Of a DNA stretch of 64,000 nt, positions 61,130 through 64,000 are shown in pieces (position 1 is the stretch's first letter; each line of letters opens with the position of its first letter). The position numbers and the translations under genes are program-made. Below the pieces are notes generated by a model. The model was not told where the DNA came from. It ran no database searches and was given only the letters and a program-made list of their open reading frames with translations. The stretch is taken from the NCBI GenBank assembly GCA_025603075.1, contig MU626293.1, positions 76,466 to 140,465 of the forward strand, read 5' to 3'. The stretch is from Neoconidiobolus thromboides FSU 785 (Eukaryota; Fungi; Entomophthoromycota).

Positions 61130-62080
61130 ATGGCTAACTTCATAAACCTATTAGCTACCTTAGTAGCCTCTTCTCAAGTAGTATTATCTTCTACTGAAGC
61201 CAATTATTTTGAAAACTTTTCCAAAAATTTACAAAGTTTAGATAATAAAGTCGCTGAGCCATTAGGATTTATGCCTGGGGCCAAAGAGGTTTCCAACATT
61301 ATTCCTGGAAATGAAAAAGAAGGTAAAGGTTATGCTCGACTTGCTGGTGCCACTTACTGTGAGAATGATAAGCTCGTTAACTGGGAATGTACCCATTGCA
61401 ATAAAGTTAGTGATCGCATTGAATCGATAGAAGTGTTTGAAAACGAGAAAACAGAAACCAAGGGCTATTTAGCAGTCAATAAAGACAGAGAGGAAGTGAT
61501 TGTTGCTTTCCGTGGTAGTTCGAATGCTGAAAATTGGCTACTAAATAGTAAAACTAAACTGACTCAAATTGAAATCAATGGGAAAAATTATTATGTTCAT
61601 ACTGGGTTTAAGGAGATCATTGACAATATATTGCCTCAAATTTCCCAAAAGATAGATGTACTTTTAAGAACTTATCCAAGATACAAATTATTAGTTACTG
61701 GTCATAGTTTAGGTGGTGCTATTGCCACCTTAGCTAGTTTAAAGTTAAAGTATGAAATTGGTTTAAACGATAATAGAATTAAACTTTATACTTATGGTGC
61801 TCCAAGGGTTGGTGACCCCGAGTTCGCTAGACTTTTAAATAAGCATAGGTTTGTTTCAGGTCGTTTTGTCAATGAGAATGATGTTGTTCCTCACCTCCCT
61901 GCTGAAACCAAGGGCTATAATCATCACCACCGTGAGTTTTGGGTTAATGGTATGTCAACTCAAATTTGTAGCGCTAATGAGCTAGAAGATCACAATTGCT
62001 CTTATAAAGAATGGTATCACACTAGCTCAGCAGCACATCGTATAATCTGGGATATAAAGCTTGGAAATGACTCTTGTTAA
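61130..62080 (+). CDS. Secreted class-3 lipase (Rhizomucor-type alpha/beta hydrolase)
   Basis: Signal peptide, AGATYC, IIVAFRGS (lid), VHTGF, GHSLG (Ser), NDVVPHLP (Asp), C-terminal AH (His). Confidence 0.93.
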   Translation: MANFINLLATLVASSQVVLSSTEANYFENFSKNLQSLDNKVAEPLGFMPGAKEVSNIIPGNEKEGKGYARLAGATYCENDKLVNWECTHCNKVSDRIESIEVFENEKTETKGYLAVNKDREEVIVAFRGSSNAENWLLNSKTKLTQIEINGKNYYVHTGFKEIIDNILPQISQKIDVLLRTYPRYKLLVTGHSLGGAIATLASLKLKYEIGLNDNRIKLYTYGAPRVGDPEFARLLNKHRFVSGRFVNENDVVPHLPAETKGYNHHHREFWVNGMSTQICSANELEDHNCSYKEWYHTSSAAHRIIWDIKLGNDSC

Positions 62081-62251
62081 AATTTTTAATAAATAATTTT
62101 TTTTAAATATGTATATCTTTTTGTTAATATACTAAAGTTTTGAAAATCATCATATTTTTACTTTCTAGAATTAATCATTTGATGCATTGCCCTTTTGGAA
62201 TCTTAAAGGAAAATTAATATAATTAAGCCTTTAACATTTATTAAGATTGTT

Positions 62252-62357
62252 ATATGAGGATATATTTTTATATTTAAGAGTTTTACTAATAATTTTTCCA
62301 CTTAAACAGCGCTTAAAAGATAGAAAAAGTAATGAAGTAAAAAAAACATCTCCATAT
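62252..62357. mobile_element. MITE-like element copy
   Basis: ATATGAGGATAT...ACATCTCCATAT. Confidence 0.75.
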
Positions 62358-63080
62358 TGATTTGAAATAATGAGAAGCTGAAAGTGTATAGCTTTTCAAA
62401 TAAAAAATAGATAATATAAAAAGTAAATAAATGATGTAAAACTGAAATGGCACAAAATTTAATTTATAGTATAAAATTGATAAATGGTGCATAAATTAAC
62501 TATGTCCAAATAAACTTTAGCATACTATTTAAAGTAGATGCTAGCTCTACTAATCAAAATATTATTATACTACTTAGCCTTAGTGCAATTTCCAATTAGC
62601 TCACTTCAAAATACTATAGTACTTTTTATTGATGAATTTAATAAATTGACAATCGACGTATATTTATTTGTATACTTAAACTGACAAATGGATCGTTTAA
62701 AAATGATTAATGTGCTTCCAATTGAAACTAGGAATATTAAATCCAGAACATTTTATAGCAATGGACTCACATGTGTGAAATTATAGGGTGAATTAGATTT
62801 TGATTATTTTTCTCACAATATTAAAACTTAATTATGTATAAAACGTGATAGGAATTATTGCTTTAAAATATAGAAACAGCGTTAGATAAAGGAAAAAATT
62901 ATAAAAAAGTAAACATTCTTATATCCAACTTAACTTAAATTAAGTTTATATTAAAATCGCATTGCTGGATAGATTCAACTAATTAATAAACAATTAAAAG
63001 TGAGGATGGATAGAAAAAGACCTGAAGGTATATAAATATACGAAATTGGAATAGAAAAAACAAACTCGAGTTTTTTTATC

Positions 63081-64000
63081 ATGAAACCATTCTTTAGCTT
63101 CTTAGTATCAGATTTACTTTTAATTCAATTAAACGCCCAAGAAGAAGACTACTTCAAGGTGTTTGAAGAGAACTTAGAGCTTATGACCCACCATGTTGAA
63201 CCACCAAAGAATGGTACTACTAGGTTTTATGAATCATCTTATATTGTCCCAGGAAACGTAGCTAATGGAAAAGCTTATGCTAGATTTGCTGGTGCAGCTT
63301 ATTGTGATAATGAGAGCATCAAATCATGGAAGTGTACTCACTGCGTTCAAGTCACTGATAAATTAGAAAAAATCCAAATATTTGAAGATGTATCTACTCA
63401 AACTAAAGGGTACTTTGTGGTTAATAATAACAGAAAGGAAATCATTGTTTCTTTCCGTGGCAGTGCTAATCTTCAAAATTGGTTGATTAATGCTCAAACT
63501 GGAAAAGTACCAATAAGATTTGGTGGTAATTCCTACTATGTTCATGGTGGTTTCAAAAAAGTGACTGATAACTTATTCCCAGTTGTTTCCTCTAACTTGA
63601 AATCTCTTCAATCTTCTTACCCTCAATATAAAGTTGTGATTACTGGACACAGTTTAGGTGCTGCTATTGCTTCTTTGATAGCCTTGAGAGTTAAATATGA
63701 GTTAAATGTTCCAAACAATAAACTAAACCTTTATACTTATGGTGGACCAAGAATTGGAGATCCTGATTTCGCTAGATTTGTCAACCGACATGGCTTCACC
63801 ATTGGTAGATTTGTTAATGAAAATGATGTTGTACCCCATCTTCCAGCTGAAATCAGTGACTATAATCATCATCAACGCGAACTTTGGGTAAATGGGTATG
63901 ATACTAAGCTTTGTAGTGCTGATTACTTAGAAGATGAAGACTGCTCTTACCAAGAATGGTATCGCCCTAGTGTCCAAGCTCATCGTAGAATGTGGGATAT
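63081..64000 (+). CDS. Second secreted class-3 lipase, 3' end cut by the window edge
   Basis: Open from ATG 63081 (MKPFFSFLV...) to the window end: AGAAYC, IIVSFRGS, VHGGF, GHSLG, NDVVPHLP, QAHRRMWDI. It is missing from the ORF track because there is no stop in the window. Confidence 0.92.
   Translation, partial: MKPFFSFLVSDLLLIQLNAQEEDYFKVFEENLELMTHHVEPPKNGTTRFYESSYIVPGNVANGKAYARFAGAAYCDNESIKSWKCTHCVQVTDKLEKIQIFEDVSTQTKGYFVVNNNRKEIIVSFRGSANLQNWLINAQTGKVPIRFGGNSYYVHGGFKKVTDNLFPVVSSNLKSLQSSYPQYKVVITGHSLGAAIASLIALRVKYELNVPNNKLNLYTYGGPRIGDPDFARFVNRHGFTIGRFVNENDVVPHLPAEISDYNHHQRELWVNGYDTKLCSADYLEDEDCSYQEWYRPSVQAHRRMWD

Noticed and set aside
9036-62357. The ~105-bp repeats as a CRISPR array or REP-like system
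   Set aside because: The copies are dispersed, in both orientations, with no regular spacers and no cas genes, in an intron-containing eukaryotic genome.

Overview
Very AT-rich eukaryotic genomic DNA with short GT-AG introns. Gene content indicates a fungus; an early-diverging lineage such as Entomophthoromycotina is my inference only. Compact, mostly intron-rich housekeeping blocks (metaxin-like 3' end, PCI/CSN3-like, Ctr copper transporter, TIM50, TIM17, site-2 protease, adenylate cyclase, LOG, metallophosphoesterase, MCC alpha, OPT, SAP30BP-like) alternate with repeat-rich blocks of intronless expanded genes. The latter hold two homeobox genes plus a pseudogene, an animal-type UGT plus a fragment, seven uncharacterised ~200-aa proteins with tandem LPxY motifs, and two class-3 lipases. 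There are three tRNA genes, about 20 copies or fragments of a ~105-bp MITE-like element, and four ~460-bp solo LTRs, three of them just upstream of tRNA genes. The strongest leads are the seven-gene twin-LPxY array and an adenylate cyclase whose catalytic Asn/Arg are replaced. All calls are by eye, with no database search or computed alignment, and intron and repeat boundaries are approximate.
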